A DNA stretch of 64,000 nucleotides. Origin: Squalus acanthias (lineage: Eukaryota). Shown here one piece after another: positions 23,062 through 35,054 of the stretch (positions are counted from its first letter, which is position 1; each line of letters begins with the position of its first letter). The translations under genes and the position numbers were made by a program. The notes beneath the pieces were generated by a model. It saw nothing but the letters and a program-made list of their open reading frames with translations, did not search any database and was not told the DNA's origin. The stretch spans positions 61,072,001 to 61,136,000 of the forward strand of contig CM059432.1 of assembly GCA_030390025.1 (NCBI GenBank), written 5' to 3'.

Positions 23062-23882
23062 ATTGTCTTCGGTCCCCGCCATAAACTCCGTTCCCTAGCC
23101 ACCGACTCAATCCCTCTTCCTAGTACAGGTATCTGTCTAAGGCTGCATGAGACTGTTCGCAACCTTGCTGTCATATTTGACCTTGAAATGTGCTTCCAAC
23201 CACATATCCGCACCATAACTAAGACCGCCTACTTCCACCTCTGTAATATCACCCGACTCCACCCCTGCCTCAGCTCATCTGCTGCTGAAACCCTCATCCA
23301 TGCCTTTGTTACCTCTAGACCTGACTATTCCAACGCACTCCTGGCTGGCCTCCCATGTTCTACCCTACGTAAACTTGAGGTCATCCAAAACTCTGCTCTA
23401 TGTGTCCTAACTCGCACCAAGTCCTGTTCACACATCACCCCTGTGCTTGCTGACCTACATTGGCTCCCGGTTAAGTAACGCCCCAATTTTAAAATTCTCA
23501 TTCTTGTTTCAAATCCCTCCATGGCCTCACCCCTCCCTATCTTTGTACTCTCCTCCAGTCTCGCAACCCCCACCACCACCCCGCCCCCACCCTGAGATAT
23601 TTGCACTCCTCTAATTCTGGCCTCTTGAGTATCCCGGATTTTAATCACTCAACCATTAGTGGCCGTGCCTTCAGCTGCCAAGGCCCTAAGCTCTGGAATT
23701 CCCTCCCTAAACCTCTCTGTCTCTCTGCCTCTCTTTCCTCCTTTAAGATGCTCTTTAAAACCTACCTCTTTGACCAAGCTTTTGGTCATCTGCCCTAATT
23801 TCTCATTACATGGCTCGGTGTCAAATTATGTTTGATAACGCTCCTGTGAAGCGCCTTGGGATGTTTTACTATTTTAAAGGTG

Positions 23883-24088
23883 AGAAGTCGCACAACACCA
23901 GGTTATAGTCCAACAGCTTTATTTGAAATCACAAGCTTTCGGAGCGCTGCTCCTTTGTCAGGTCAAGACGAAGGAGCAGCGCTCCGAAAGCTTGTGATTT
24001 CAAATAAAGCTGTTGGACTATAACCTGGTGTTGTGCGACTTCTCACTTTTGTCCACCCCAGTCCAACACAGGCATCTCCGCATCATGG
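23883..24088. mobile_element. Penelope-like 3'-end foldback insertion
   Basis: 80-bp inverted arms (23880-23959 and 23967-24046, 1 mismatch); 14-bp TSD CTA(T/C)TTTAAAGGTG; hammerhead-like GA-GGAGC-agc-GCTCC-GAAAGCT; AATAAA. Confidence 0.8.
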
Positions 24089-24134
24089 CTACTTTAAAGG
24101 TGGTATATAAATACAAGTTGTTGTTGTTGTTGTT

Positions 24135-25150
24135 GAACGCAGAGTTCTCGGAGGTTTGGAGGCCTGGAGGAGGTTACAGAGAAATGGAGGGGTGCGGCTA
24201 AGGCGGAACATCGAACACGAAAGTAAGAATTTTAAATTTGAGTTGTTGGTGGACTGGGAGCCAATGTAGGTCAGCAAACACCGGGGTATTGGTGAATGGG
24301 ACCGGTTACGGGTTAGGATACGGACTCAAGTTTATGGAGAATGGAAGATAGGAGGCCAGCCAGAAGCGTGTTAGAATATTTATGTCTAGAGGTAACAAAA
24401 ACATGGATGAGGATGGATCAGCAGTAGATGGGCTGAGGCAAAGGGAGAGACGGGTGTTGTTATGGAGGTAGAAGTCGGAGGTTGTTGTGATGAAGAGGAA
24501 ATGGGGTTGGAAGCTCAGCTCAGGGTCAACTAGGACACCGAGGTTGAGAACAGTCTGGTTCAGCCTGATACAATGGTTGGGGAGGAGAATGGAATTGGTG
24601 GCGAGGGAACAGATTTTGTGGCGGGGGTCGAAGGCAATGGCTTCGGTTTTCCTAATGTTTAACTGGAGGAAATTGCGGCTCATCCAGCATTGGATATCAG
24701 ACAACACAGAGGCAGTGGAGGGGTCAAGAGAGGTGGTGGTGAGGTAGAGCTGGGAATCTTTAGCGTACATGTAGAACCTGATGTCATGTCTTCAGATGAT
24801 GTTGCTAAAGGGCAGCATTAGATGAGAAATAGGAGGAGGCCGGGATTAGATCTTCGGGGGGACTCCAGAGGTTAAGGTGTGGGGACGGGAAGCAAAAGTG
24901 AAACCAGGCAAGGGCAGTCCCACTCAGCTGGACAACGGAGGAGAGGCATTGGAGGAGGGTGGCGTAGTCAATCGTGTCAAAAGCTGCAGAGAGGTCGACA
25001 GCAATGAGGAGGGATAGTACACCACGGTCACAGTCACAGAAGGTTGTCATTTGTTACTTTCATCAGGGAGTTTCAAAACGGGGCAGAGGCAGAAACCTGA
25101 TTGGAGAAATTCAAACATGGCGTTGTGGAAAAGATGGGCATGGATTTGGG
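24135..25150 (-). mobile_element. L2 LINE fragment
   Basis: VDLSAAFDTIDY; MYAKDSQLY...WMSRNFLQLNIRKTEAI. Confidence 0.85.
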
Positions 25151-25699
25151 AATCTTCAACAACTGAGAAACTTCAACAGTTGTGTAAACCCCACAGTCAG
25201 AATGGAAGAGGCTTGTTATAGCTCACTGGCAGGTTGTCTGAACCTCATCACACCAAAGTAGGTGGACAGCAGAATTGCAAGAATGTCTTCAAAGGGCCCC
25301 TCAGGAATCAACCAACTCTACTCCTTCCATTACGCAATCATGTACAAGTAGAGATGGATACACAGCACAAGGGTAAGCACAGTTGTGAATCACAACACTG
25401 ATATGCACACATCACACATACGCTATCACTGAAATAAATCAATATCGTGAACATTGTAAACATTGCATTCATCCGTTATTTATTTGTAATGCTGAGGGAC
25501 ACCTTTATTCTGTCAACAAATTCCACAGCAGCTTGGGAAACAGAAGTCATATATATTAATAATTGAGCAGTTTACGTGCCTCTGTTTGCAAACAAAAACA
25601 CAGCCAAGCCTTAACTGAAAATGGGACCAGTCCTGAGGCAGGAGGGACTTGTACAAGATGGATGGGTTGTGCCTCAACAGGGCTGGGACCAATGTCCTC

Positions 25700-26768
25700 A
25701 CAGGAAGGTTAACTAGTGCTGTGGGGGAGGGTTTAAACTAATTTGGCTGGGATGGGGCACCAGGATGAAGCATTAGAGAGGAGAAACAAGGTGCACAGAG
25801 GACTGGGAGAGAAAAATAGCATTAGAATAAAGAGTGGTTCAGAAATAGGAGGGATCAGATGGGGAAATACGAGGCAGACTAGGATGGATTTGGAGTGCAT
25901 GTGCATAAATGCATGGAGCGTGGTAAATAAGGTTGGTGAGCTGCAGGCACAAATTGCCACTTCGGATTATGATAAAGTGGCAATAACCGAGACCTGGCTC
26001 AAACAAGTGGAGGATTGGAGACTTGATATTCCTGACTACAAGGTATTCAGGAAAGATAGAGAAGGAAAAAAAGGACAGGGTTGGAAATATTGATCAATAA
26101 CTGTTACAGCACTGAAAAGGGATGATGTACTTGAGGCTTCAAAGACAGAATCTGCTAGAATTAATGAACAATAGAGGAGCTATTATACTGCTGGGTGTAT
26201 ACTACAAGCCACCAAATAGTGGAAAGGAGATAGAGGAGCAAATTTACAAGCAAGTTTCAGAAAGATGCAAGAACTATAGAATAGTGGAAATAGGAAACTT
26301 TAATGATCCTAATATAGACTGGGAAAATGACAGTGTTAAGGGGAAAGAGGGGGAGGAATTCATGAAATTTGTACAAGAGAACTTTCTTAATTAGTATGCT
26401 TCCAGTCCAATGAGGAAGGAAGTATTGCAGGAACTGGTTCTAGGGAATGAAGTGGGACCAGTGGAGCAAGTTTCAATGGGAGCATTTGACAAACAGTGAT
26501 CACAGTATCATTACGTTTACAGTAGCTATGGAAAAGGGCAAGGAAAAATCAAACGTGGAAATACTCAACTGGAGGAGGGCTAATTTCAGGGAATTGAAAT
26601 GGGATCTGGTCCAGGTGGATTGGAATTGAAGATTGGCAGGTAAAACAGTAAATGAGCAATGAGAGGCCTTCAAAGAGGAGATAGTTCGGGAACAGATGAG
26701 ACACATTCCCATGAGGGGGAAAGTAAGGGCATCCAAAGCTAGAGCTCTCCGGATGACTAAAGATATAG
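25700..26768 (+). mobile_element. CR1 LINE internal fragment (ORF1 end and APE endonuclease)
   Basis: CINAWSVVNKVGEL...VAITETWL...YKVFRKDR; GVYYKPP; GNFNDPNIDW; SDH motif; degraded. Confidence 0.85.
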
Positions 26769-27529
26769 ACCTAGAAATTCCTTACTTTAGCGCCACCCAT
26801 TAGCGCTGGAATCATGGTGAAAAAATGGCGGCCGACACTCTAGCGCCCTTCTCTGGCACAGGACTCAGCAGCTGCCATTTTGGTGAGGGCCTTAGCGCTG
26901 CCAATAGCAGCGCTGGCCCTAGAGATGTAAATGAGGAGCGGGTGCCGTCAGTCGGCGTGCAACGCCGACTTAACATCACCTCAGTGAACTTCAACCTTAG
27001 CACTGAGTTCAGCGCTGGGTCCTAAGCTCGCCATGAAAACCCAGCGTTCAGCAGACTGACAGAAATGCTGTTAACACCTCTTAAAGGGACACAAACATCT
27101 TTCAGGTAAGTTTGCGTTTCAGCTTTTGGACTGGATTTTTAAATATTTTATTGAAGTAGTGACTTGGTGCAATTCATGTTAAAATATTTTTAAGTGTGCA
27201 GAGAGTGCAGGGAGTGCTGCTGGACACTTGTCAGGCCTCGGATGGTAAAGGAGAGAGAAACAGAGCCCTAGAAATTCGTGGCTACCCCAAAAGCTGCCGA
27301 TGCCACCACTTCCGGGGGTTAACAGCCGTCGAAAATGGTGGCGCTGGCAGGACGGAAAAATTGATGCTGGGGACTAATTACCATTAGCCCAGTGTTTAAC
27401 TCACTGTGAAACGCCATCCTAGTGGTTTTGGTCCCGGCAGAAGGCTCCAATGTCTGCTAGAACAGCCTGCTCTGAAAGCGAGGCTATGATTTCAGAAAGC
27501 GTTGTCGTTTTCTTAAAAGGGCAATGCCT

Positions 27530-27742
27530 TCTGAAATGAGAGACTAGAGAAACTGGGGTTGTTCTCCTTAGAGCAGAGAAGGTTAAGGGGAGATTTAATA
27601 GTGGTGTTCAAAATCATGAAGGGTTTTGATAGAGTAAATAAGGAGAAATTGTTTCCTGGGAATGGGACTAATTGCATAGCTCTTTCAAAGAGCCGCAACA
27701 GGCCGAATGGCCTCCTTCTGTGCTGTATCATTCTATGATTCA
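27530..27742 (+). mobile_element. CR1 LINE 3' end, internally deleted
   Basis: RLEKLGLFSLEQRRLRGDLI plus tail GGCCGAATGGCCTCCTTCTGTGCTGTATCATTCTATGATTC. Confidence 0.8.
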
Positions 27743-27980
27743 ATGGCCCCAGGGAGGGAAGGGAGCGGGGCGTCTGTCAGCGGCCGGGAAACCTGGATAT
27801 GTCGGGAACGCGGAAGATTAAGCACAGCATGTCACATTAAGTATACACAACAACCTAAATGTTCTGAGTTTGTGCCAGTCATGAAGTTCCTTGATAGATG
27901 AAAAATTGCAAGCAATTTGCCTGCGATTTTCCAGTTGCTGCTTGCTGTGAACAAAGTGTTTCACCACTGGAGCCTACTCC

Positions 27981-28724
27981 GGGCTGGATTTTGTCAATGG
28001 AGGTGTGTTGGGGTTTTAGTCCTGCCCCCAACGACGTCCGGCCAACCCATGCTATTTTCCCTTGATTGACCTTGTTAAGCCCGCCCTGACAGATGAATTG
28101 TCAGCGTTTGACAGCTTAGAGAAGCTGTCAAACACTGACAATCTCTGTTCTAAGGTGAGCCCTTGTACTGAAGACTCACCAAACCTCTTTCCTCAGCAGA
28201 AATCAGTTGGCTGCTGCATCTGAGAATGCAGCAGCCATTCTGTCATCTCTGCCGTTGAGATGAGGCACCTCCGGATCCCCAAGGGTTAAAGCCTGCAGGA
28301 AGAAACAAAGGTAAGTAAACTTTTTCTAACACTTTACACTCAACTCTCATACATACCTTTCCACACTTGCACCCATTACTCACCTCCACAGCGGACTTTT
28401 CGATCCCTCTCACCCCCGCAGACCCACTGCTCGCCTCGCTGACCCTGGCGAGGTTCTCAGCCGTCGGAAAGCCCGCACTTGCAGGGGCAAAATGGGGATA
28501 AGCCTCTTAACTGCCTGTTAACTAACTGTTAACAGGCAGTTAATTGGCTCTAATCCCCTTCCCGCCTTGAAGAGACGGGTCCCTGCGTGAGTTGGGGACC
28601 CGCCTCCCGGGAAGATGGCACGGAGGTGGGTTGGGAGCGGGGTTGGTACCCGCTCCCAGTTTCTGCCATTTTCCCGGCAGTCCCACCTCCATACCCGCCT
28701 CCCCAGGGCTGGCAGAATTCCCCC
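27981..28724. mobile_element. Non-autonomous Harbinger-type MITE, same family as 29660-31260
   Basis: Starts GGGCTGGATTTTGTCAATGG exactly as 29660 does; colinear interior; ends TGGCAGAATTCCCC; TSD unclear. Confidence 0.75.
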
Positions 28725-29659
28725 CGTTATTGCTACAACTTCACTATTATACTTACAATAAAAACTGTAAGCTTTGCAGTCATTTTTTACTTTTGAAGTA
28801 ATGGTTTCCTCATAAATGGCACTAATAAGGAATAGTTGTTTAAAAAATAAAGTCTAAAGAAAGATAACGGTAGGCCTAAAACACAGAACTGCTCACTCAG
28901 AGGCTGATGGACTCGTGCTGCTTCCTATAGCAGCGACTGAGTTTCTGCTAGCTCTTCATCGTCATTCGCCTCTGACTCTTCCTCTTCTAGAAACATGCCT
29001 CTGCCTCTTTTGATGGCCATGTTGTGCAAAATGCAGCACACTACAACCATTCATAGAATCATAGAATAGTACAGCACAGAAGGAGGCCATTCGGCCCATC
29101 GAGTCTGCGACGGCTCTTTCAAAGAGCAATCCAGTTAGTCGCACAACCCGATCTTTCCCCATAACCCTACAATTTTTTCACCTTCAAGTATTTATCCGAT
29201 TCCCTTTTGAAGGCTACTATTGAAGCTGTATCCACCATCCTATCAGGTAGTACATTCTAAATCCTAAACACGTTGCATAAAAATGTTTTTCCTCATGTCG
29301 CCTCTGGTTCTTTTGCCAGTCACCTTAAATCTGTGTCCTCTCGTTATCGACCTTTCAGCCATTGGAAACAGTTTCTCTTTATTTACTCTATCTAAATCCT
29401 TCATGATTTTAAACACCTCTATCAAATCTCCTCTTAGCCTTCTCTGCTCCAAGGAGAACAATCCCAGCTTCTCTAGTCTATCCACGTAACTGTAATCCCT
29501 CATCCCTAGAACCATTTTAGTAAATCTCTTCTGTACCCTCTCCAAAGCTTTCACGTCCTTCCTAAAGTGTGGTGCCCAGAATTGGACCCAATATTCCAGC
29601 TGGGGCTGAACTGGTGTTTTATATAGATTTAGCATAAATTTCTGGCTTTTGTACTCTAT

Positions 29660-31260
29660 GGGCTGGATTTTGTCAATGGGGACGTGATGGAGGCGGGACT
29701 CCCACTTTTTGGGTTGTAGTCCCGCCTCCATCGACTTGTGGCCAACCCACTGTATTTTCCCTTGATTGACCTTGTTAAGCCCGCCCAGCGGGCTCAGCAG
29801 GCCAATCAAGGGTCCCTTGGATACAGGTGATGTCAGCCATTGAAATTTCATCTGTCAAGAGCTTTTGACAGATGAAATTTCAGCATTTGACAGCTCTGTG
29901 AAGCTGTCAAACACTGACAATGGCCCAAAAATTCGGCTGAATACGGGAGAGTACGAACTGTGTACTCTCGCGTATTCAGTCCCGAAGTGCCGGTTTCCTG
30001 CATGCACTGCGCATGCGCGGGAAACCGGCACTTCCGGTATGGCGAAGGGGGCGGTTCCTAAGTGAACTGCGTGCGCACTACAGGCTGTGTGCATGCAGCA
30101 CACTTAGGTTTTTTTTCAGGTTTCAACGCGAAGGTAAGTATGGAAGATTTTACACATGAAGAAAGGAGGCGTAAGACCCCCTTTTAACAAGGTAAGTAGT
30201 TAATTAAGTATTATTTTAAATTTTTTTCAACGGGTTTATCTTTTTTAGAGACTTTAAAGAAAGGTAAGTTTATTTTTATAACTTTTAAAAAGAATTTAAA
30301 TTTTTTCAAAAATTTAAATTTTTGTTTAAAGTGGTTAATTTATTTAACTATAGTTATTTTATTAATGTGATGGTTTTTTTTTAATTTATTTGAGGTTTAG
30401 CTGTTCTTTTGGGGGCAATTTGTATTCATAGTTTTGACAGTTCTCCTGTCAAATCTATGAATGAAAGATGGTGTGGTGCCATTGGCTCTCCATGGCCCAC
30501 GTGATCCCAGAGGTCGCATCGAACTAACTGCGCCTCTGGGACACGCACACACTGCGCGCCGGCACCAGGGAGAGGCCCAGGACCAGAAGTTCGTGTGGGC
30601 CCGAAATACAACGGCTGGCACGGAGTGTGATATCGCGGGGGATCCTTACCCCCGCGGCAAGCCTCCGAGTCAAATTTCTGGGCCATTATGATTTCTAACG
30701 TGAGTCCCTATACTTAGACTCAGTTAGAAATCAATCCAGCACAGAAAGCAGAGACTGCAGCTTTTGACAGCTCCGCGGCCATTCTGCTTTCTGTGCCATG
30801 GATGTGAGGGACTCCTGACACCTTAGCCTGCAGGACAAAGTTAAGGTAAGTACAAGTTCTTAAAACACTTTACACACACCAAACATACTTACCTCTGCAC
30901 TCATGCACCCATCACTCACCTGCACACCGGACATCTCAACCCCTCCAAGCCCTCCAGACCGACGGTCCGCCTCGCTAAATCGGCGTGGTTCGGACCTGTC
31001 GGGAAGCCCACACTTCAGGGCTAAAAATAGGGATTAGGCAAAAAACTGCCTGTTAACTACCTGTTAACAGGCAGTTTATTGGCACTAATCCCCTTCCCGC
31101 CTCAGGGAGGCGGCTCCCAGCCCAGGTCGGGTACCCGCCTCCTGTGAAACTGGCATGGAGGCGGGTTGGGGGCGGGATGGGTTCGGGACCCCCGAATCTG
31201 CTATTTTCCCACCCCACACGCCTCCAAACCTGCCTCCACGGGTCAATGAAAATTCTGCCC
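29660..31260. mobile_element. Non-autonomous Harbinger-type element containing a second nested MITE
   Basis: TIRs GGGCTGGATTTT and GGGCAGAATTTT; TSD TAT (29657-29659 and 31261-31263). Confidence 0.88.
29922..30684. mobile_element. Harbinger-type MITE (763 bp) nested in 29660-31260
   Basis: TIRs GGCCCAAAAATT and GGCCCAGAAATT; TSD AAT/ATT; absent at the homologous position (about 28140) of the sister copy. Confidence 0.85.
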
Positions 31261-31777
31261 TATGCCTCTATTTAGAAAGCCCAGGATCCCATATGCTTTA
31301 TTAACTGCTTTGTTAACCTGTCCTGCCACCTTCAAAGATTTGTGCAGAAACATCCCCAGGTCTCTCTCTTCTTGCACCCCATTTAAAATTGTACCATTTA
31401 GTGTGTATGGTCTCTCCTCATTATTCCTACCAAAATGTATCACCTCACACTTCTCTGCGTTGAATTTAATCTGCCATGTGTCCGCCCATTCCACAAAACT
31501 GTCTATGTCTTCTGAAATCTATTACTATCTTCCGCACTGTTTACTGCAATTCAAAGTTTCGTGTCATCTGCAAATTTCGAAATTGTGCCTGTACCCCAAG
31601 TTCAAGTCATTAATGTATATCTCCAGTCCGAAAAACAAGCATTCACCACAACTCTGTTTTCTAGCCCTTAGTCAATTTTGTATCCATGCTGCTACTGCTC
31701 CTTTTATCCCATTCTGCCTTTTTTCTCTGAGGAATATTGTGGAACATCCCTAGTGTGGTCTAAACATCAGAACCATT

Positions 31778-32720
31778 GGCCCTGATATTTACGGGGAGGC
31801 GACGAGGGAGCGGGGCAATTTAGCAGTCGGGAAACCTGAAAGCACAGGTTTCCCTCAGGTCCTGACGAATTTAACGTCAGGACCTGATTACCATTTTTGG
31901 CATCCGTTTCCCAGCTGCAGGCAGCCAGGTTAAGAGGCTGTCTGTCTGTCGGGGAGATAGGCCTGCGGCACCAGGCTGCAGACGGGGAGCGTAGAGGAGG
32001 GAGAGATCGTGGGTCGGGGGCATATCGTAGGGGGGGCCCAGAAAGATCATGGGTCAGGGGGTACATCGGAGGGAGGGGGGCGGAGTGATCTCAGGCCGGG
32101 GAGATAATCAAGGGGGCCGGGGAGAATGCAAAAATAATGCTGAGGTATTCTCTATAAAAAAACTGTTGGCATTCTACAAAAATGGTGCAGTGGTAATATA
32201 CAGATAATTATTTTTATATCTATATGGAAGATCGCAGCGGGGCCATGGAGAAGATCACAGGCCGGGGAGGACATGGGGGGGGGGGGGGAGTGCAAGGAGA
32301 TCTCAGGCCGGAGAAGACATCGGGAATCATCGGCTTGCAGTGGGGTAGGGGGGAGGGGGGGGAGTGGGAGTGGGAGGGGATCTGATCGCTGGGGAGGTTA
32401 ACAAGGTAGCTTGTTGGGCCGGAAGGAAGCACTCCTGCTCCTGCTGGCCCACAAGCAGTGCTATTCCATCCAGCAGTCATCGCCTCCCTTCAGCTGTCGG
32501 GTTTCCTGAGGCCTGGGAAACCCGGCCAACCAGTGTTAAAGCTGGATGAGAGAAAAAATCTTAGGCACGCAGCCTCATTAAAATATTGAAATGAGGGACT
32601 CGCAAGTTGGTCGCCTGCGGTTAAAACCGGAAGTGGGCAGGTTCGAGGCAGATTGAGTTTGGGTTAAAAAAAAAATTACATTTTAACTTCCCACCCGTTT
32701 TTGAGGTTAAAATTACCCCC
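31778..32720. mobile_element. Non-autonomous Harbinger-type element (943 bp) with a G-rich degenerate tandem interior
   Basis: TSD ATT (31775-31777 and 32721-32723); removal restores the host transposase frame; ends only weakly inverted; similar left ends at about 58599 and 59807. Confidence 0.7.
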
Positions 32721-33281
32721 ATTGTTTCAGCACACCAAAGTTGTGCTTGATGATCTTCCTGCCTTTCAAACATGCATTGTTATATGCTCCTTGCTTGGGA
32801 AAAGGGGTTGCATTGTGATGTTTTAAGCCACATTCCCAGCAGGTAATCCATATGTCCGAGGAACCAACATTCAACTTGTCCACCCTGGAATAACGTGGAC
32901 AATCATAATTCACTTTTTTAACTGTGCATTCAGGTGCTGAATTCAATTTGGCAGTGGTCGCAGGTGTTCAGGTGTTTGGACGTTCAGGTGGTATCCTTTT
33001 CTGTTAATGAACACCATGGGATGTTGCACAGGTGCCTCAGTGCCGACATGGGTGCAGTTAATGGCGCTCTATAACCTAGGAACATCTTTCAAAACTACTT
33101 GCCAGCTTTTCCTGCTCCGGCTACAGGCTTATGCTGATTTTAATGTATTCAGAGGCATGTGATCATTTATTCCTTGACTGCAGGGGTCCACAAGATTTAT
33201 TTGTAATTTCCTTGATGAGGCATAATCTCTGGTACATTTAATTTCTGGATTTCTTGATGAGGTGTGGTTTCTTCACATAAT

Positions 33282-35054
33282 GGGCTAGATTTTTCATTGG
33301 GGACGGGCTGGGGGCGTGTCAGGTGGCCGGTGTGTCAGGACCCCGCCTCCGATGTGAGGCGGGACAAAAGTGTGATTTTTCCCTAATTGGGCACTTGATT
33401 TCCAGCGTGTGGGAACCCCTGGCCCAATGAGTCTTTTGATACTGAAACTCGCCTCCGATGATGTCATCTATGCAGCTGGATTTAAGGCCTGCAAGCAGCC
33501 TTGGTTCTTTTTCAGCCTTACAACTTCATCAACATACTTCTGAGGGATTCCTACTGCTACCATATCCAGCACCAGACCAAAGTGTGCACCCAGATTCGAT
33601 GAGGCCTCCCTCCAAGCTCTGGTGGAGGGAGCAAGAGCAAACAAGGAAGTGCTCTTTCCTTCCTCAGGGAGGAAAAAAGCCTCCACAACAGACCAAAGCT
33701 GTGTGGCTGCAAGTGGCACAGGAGGTCAATGCTATTTCAATGTGCAGCAGAACCTGGCTGCAGTGCAGAAAGAGGTTTCATGACCTTCTCCACACAGGAA
33801 AAGTGAGTATTCCATCCCCATGACCCTCAATCTGATCCCCATCGCCTCTCATCACCAGCACTCTGCTTTGTCAACCTCCTCCTCCACATCCCACTTCACC
33901 CTTACATCCCTGCACCCTTACCCATGCCCTCTCTCTGTATGTTCACATTCACTTAACTATTCAACTATGCAGCCCTCACACTCCCTATCACTGTGATGCT
34001 ATGACAACTTACAACACACAGGGAGGGCCCTTGGTCTTGGCACCTCACTCCATCTTTGTGTCCTTCTAAGCATCTATGCTATGGATTCTCTACACTCACT
34101 CCTTCATTCTCACTCAAACTCCCCTTGTGTCCCTCATTGCAGGAAAAGAGAGCCCACAATAAGAGGGAGAGGACGAGGACAGGAGGAGGGCCACCCTCAA
34201 TAGCCCAGCTCACCACTGCGGAGGAGGCGGCCCTGGAGATCGTGGGAGTGGAGGAGGATGCGCAAGTGGGGGATGGACAGGTGGGCGCATCAGAGCAAGC
34301 TGGTGACACAATAGTTTTTCATCTCTCTCACTGACATTGCATGAGTGACTGATATTGATTCTGATGCTCTAACAGATTGACTTATGATCATCTGCACAAT
34401 TCAATGTGCATGCAATGTTTATCTCACATGTCTAACTCTTTCCTTTACTCCCCCACAGGACCAGCGACAGCCCCCCCCCCCCCCTCCCCACTGTCCAAGA
34501 GGAAAGGAAATAAATGGTTCCCATTCTTCTGGTATATACCTCAGTTAAGGAAGTGTTCCGTCAAGGTGGGGAGAGGGGTTTCCCAGGAGGTCACACTGGA
34601 GATGGGTCTCAGGCTCCAAACTTCCACAACAATGAATAGGCCTGCTAAAAGTTCCCCCAGACCTGAGACAACAAAGTTCTGCCACCTGCAAATGATGATT
34701 GCTGAAAACTTCTTTTTAATGGTGGAGCTGCAGCTGTTAGTAAGCAATCCACTTGTGATGCCACCAGGATTAACTGGCGTGTTCCAGAGGAGACGTGCAG
34801 CACGGGGGGAAAGTGTTAAATTCAGAAAGGCCTCTCAAAATTGGATTATAGAGGCACTTAACTGGTTGTTAAGGGCCTTAAGGGCCTATTCCGCCTCTTG
34901 GAGGCGGGATGGAAACGGAGTCTGAAACCCCGATTCTGGGAAAATTGCTCGGAGGCGGGCTGGAGGCAGGATCGAAGCCACCCGCCAATTTTTGCGATTT
35001 TAACACCTCACACGCCTCCAATCCCGCCTCCTCAGGCCTGGCAAAATCAAGCCC
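33282..35054. mobile_element. Harbinger deletion derivative (1773 bp) retaining Myb exons 1-2 and the start of exon 3
   Basis: TIR GGGCT(A/T)GATTTT; TSD AAT; right end homologous to the left ends of 7881 and 22307. Confidence 0.88.
33562..34505 (+). pseudogene. Myb/SANT-like partner gene, truncated; exons about 33562-33802, 34143-34302, 34459-34505
   Basis: CAPRFDEASLQALVEGA...WLQVAQEVN...WLQCRKRFHDL|EKRAHNKRERTRTGGG; same splice positions and 160-nt exon 2 as the copy at 13674. Confidence 0.82.

Larger units (their letters stand above)
21415..24132 (+). mobile_element. L2 LINE 3' half with three nested insertions
   Basis: HSTETAL-like, DLSAAFD-like and YVDDTQLY motifs, then TLIHAFVTSRPDYSNALLAG...HITPVLADLHWLPV; ends in (GTT)n. 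Confidence 0.88.
29050..31710 (-). mobile_element. CR1 LINE 3' region split by the MITE at 29660-31260
   Basis: EWADTWQIKFNAEKC...AYGILGFLNRGI joins IEYKSQ...LEYWVQFWAPH across TSD TAT; (ATAGAATC)n tail at 29050-29070. Confidence 0.9.

Noticed and set aside
22302..23065. Reading the Harbinger TSDs as 5 bp (CATTG, CTCTG, CTATG, CATAG)
   Set aside because: Formally possible because the TIRs begin with G and end with C, but the sites at 33282 and 52640 mismatch at the outer base, and the transposase type predicts 3 bp.
31990..32400. CRISPR-like or coding repeat array
   Set aside because: Degenerate G-rich GAGATC/GGCCGGGGAG units of irregular length inside a MITE; no constant repeat with unique spacers, and the context is eukaryotic.
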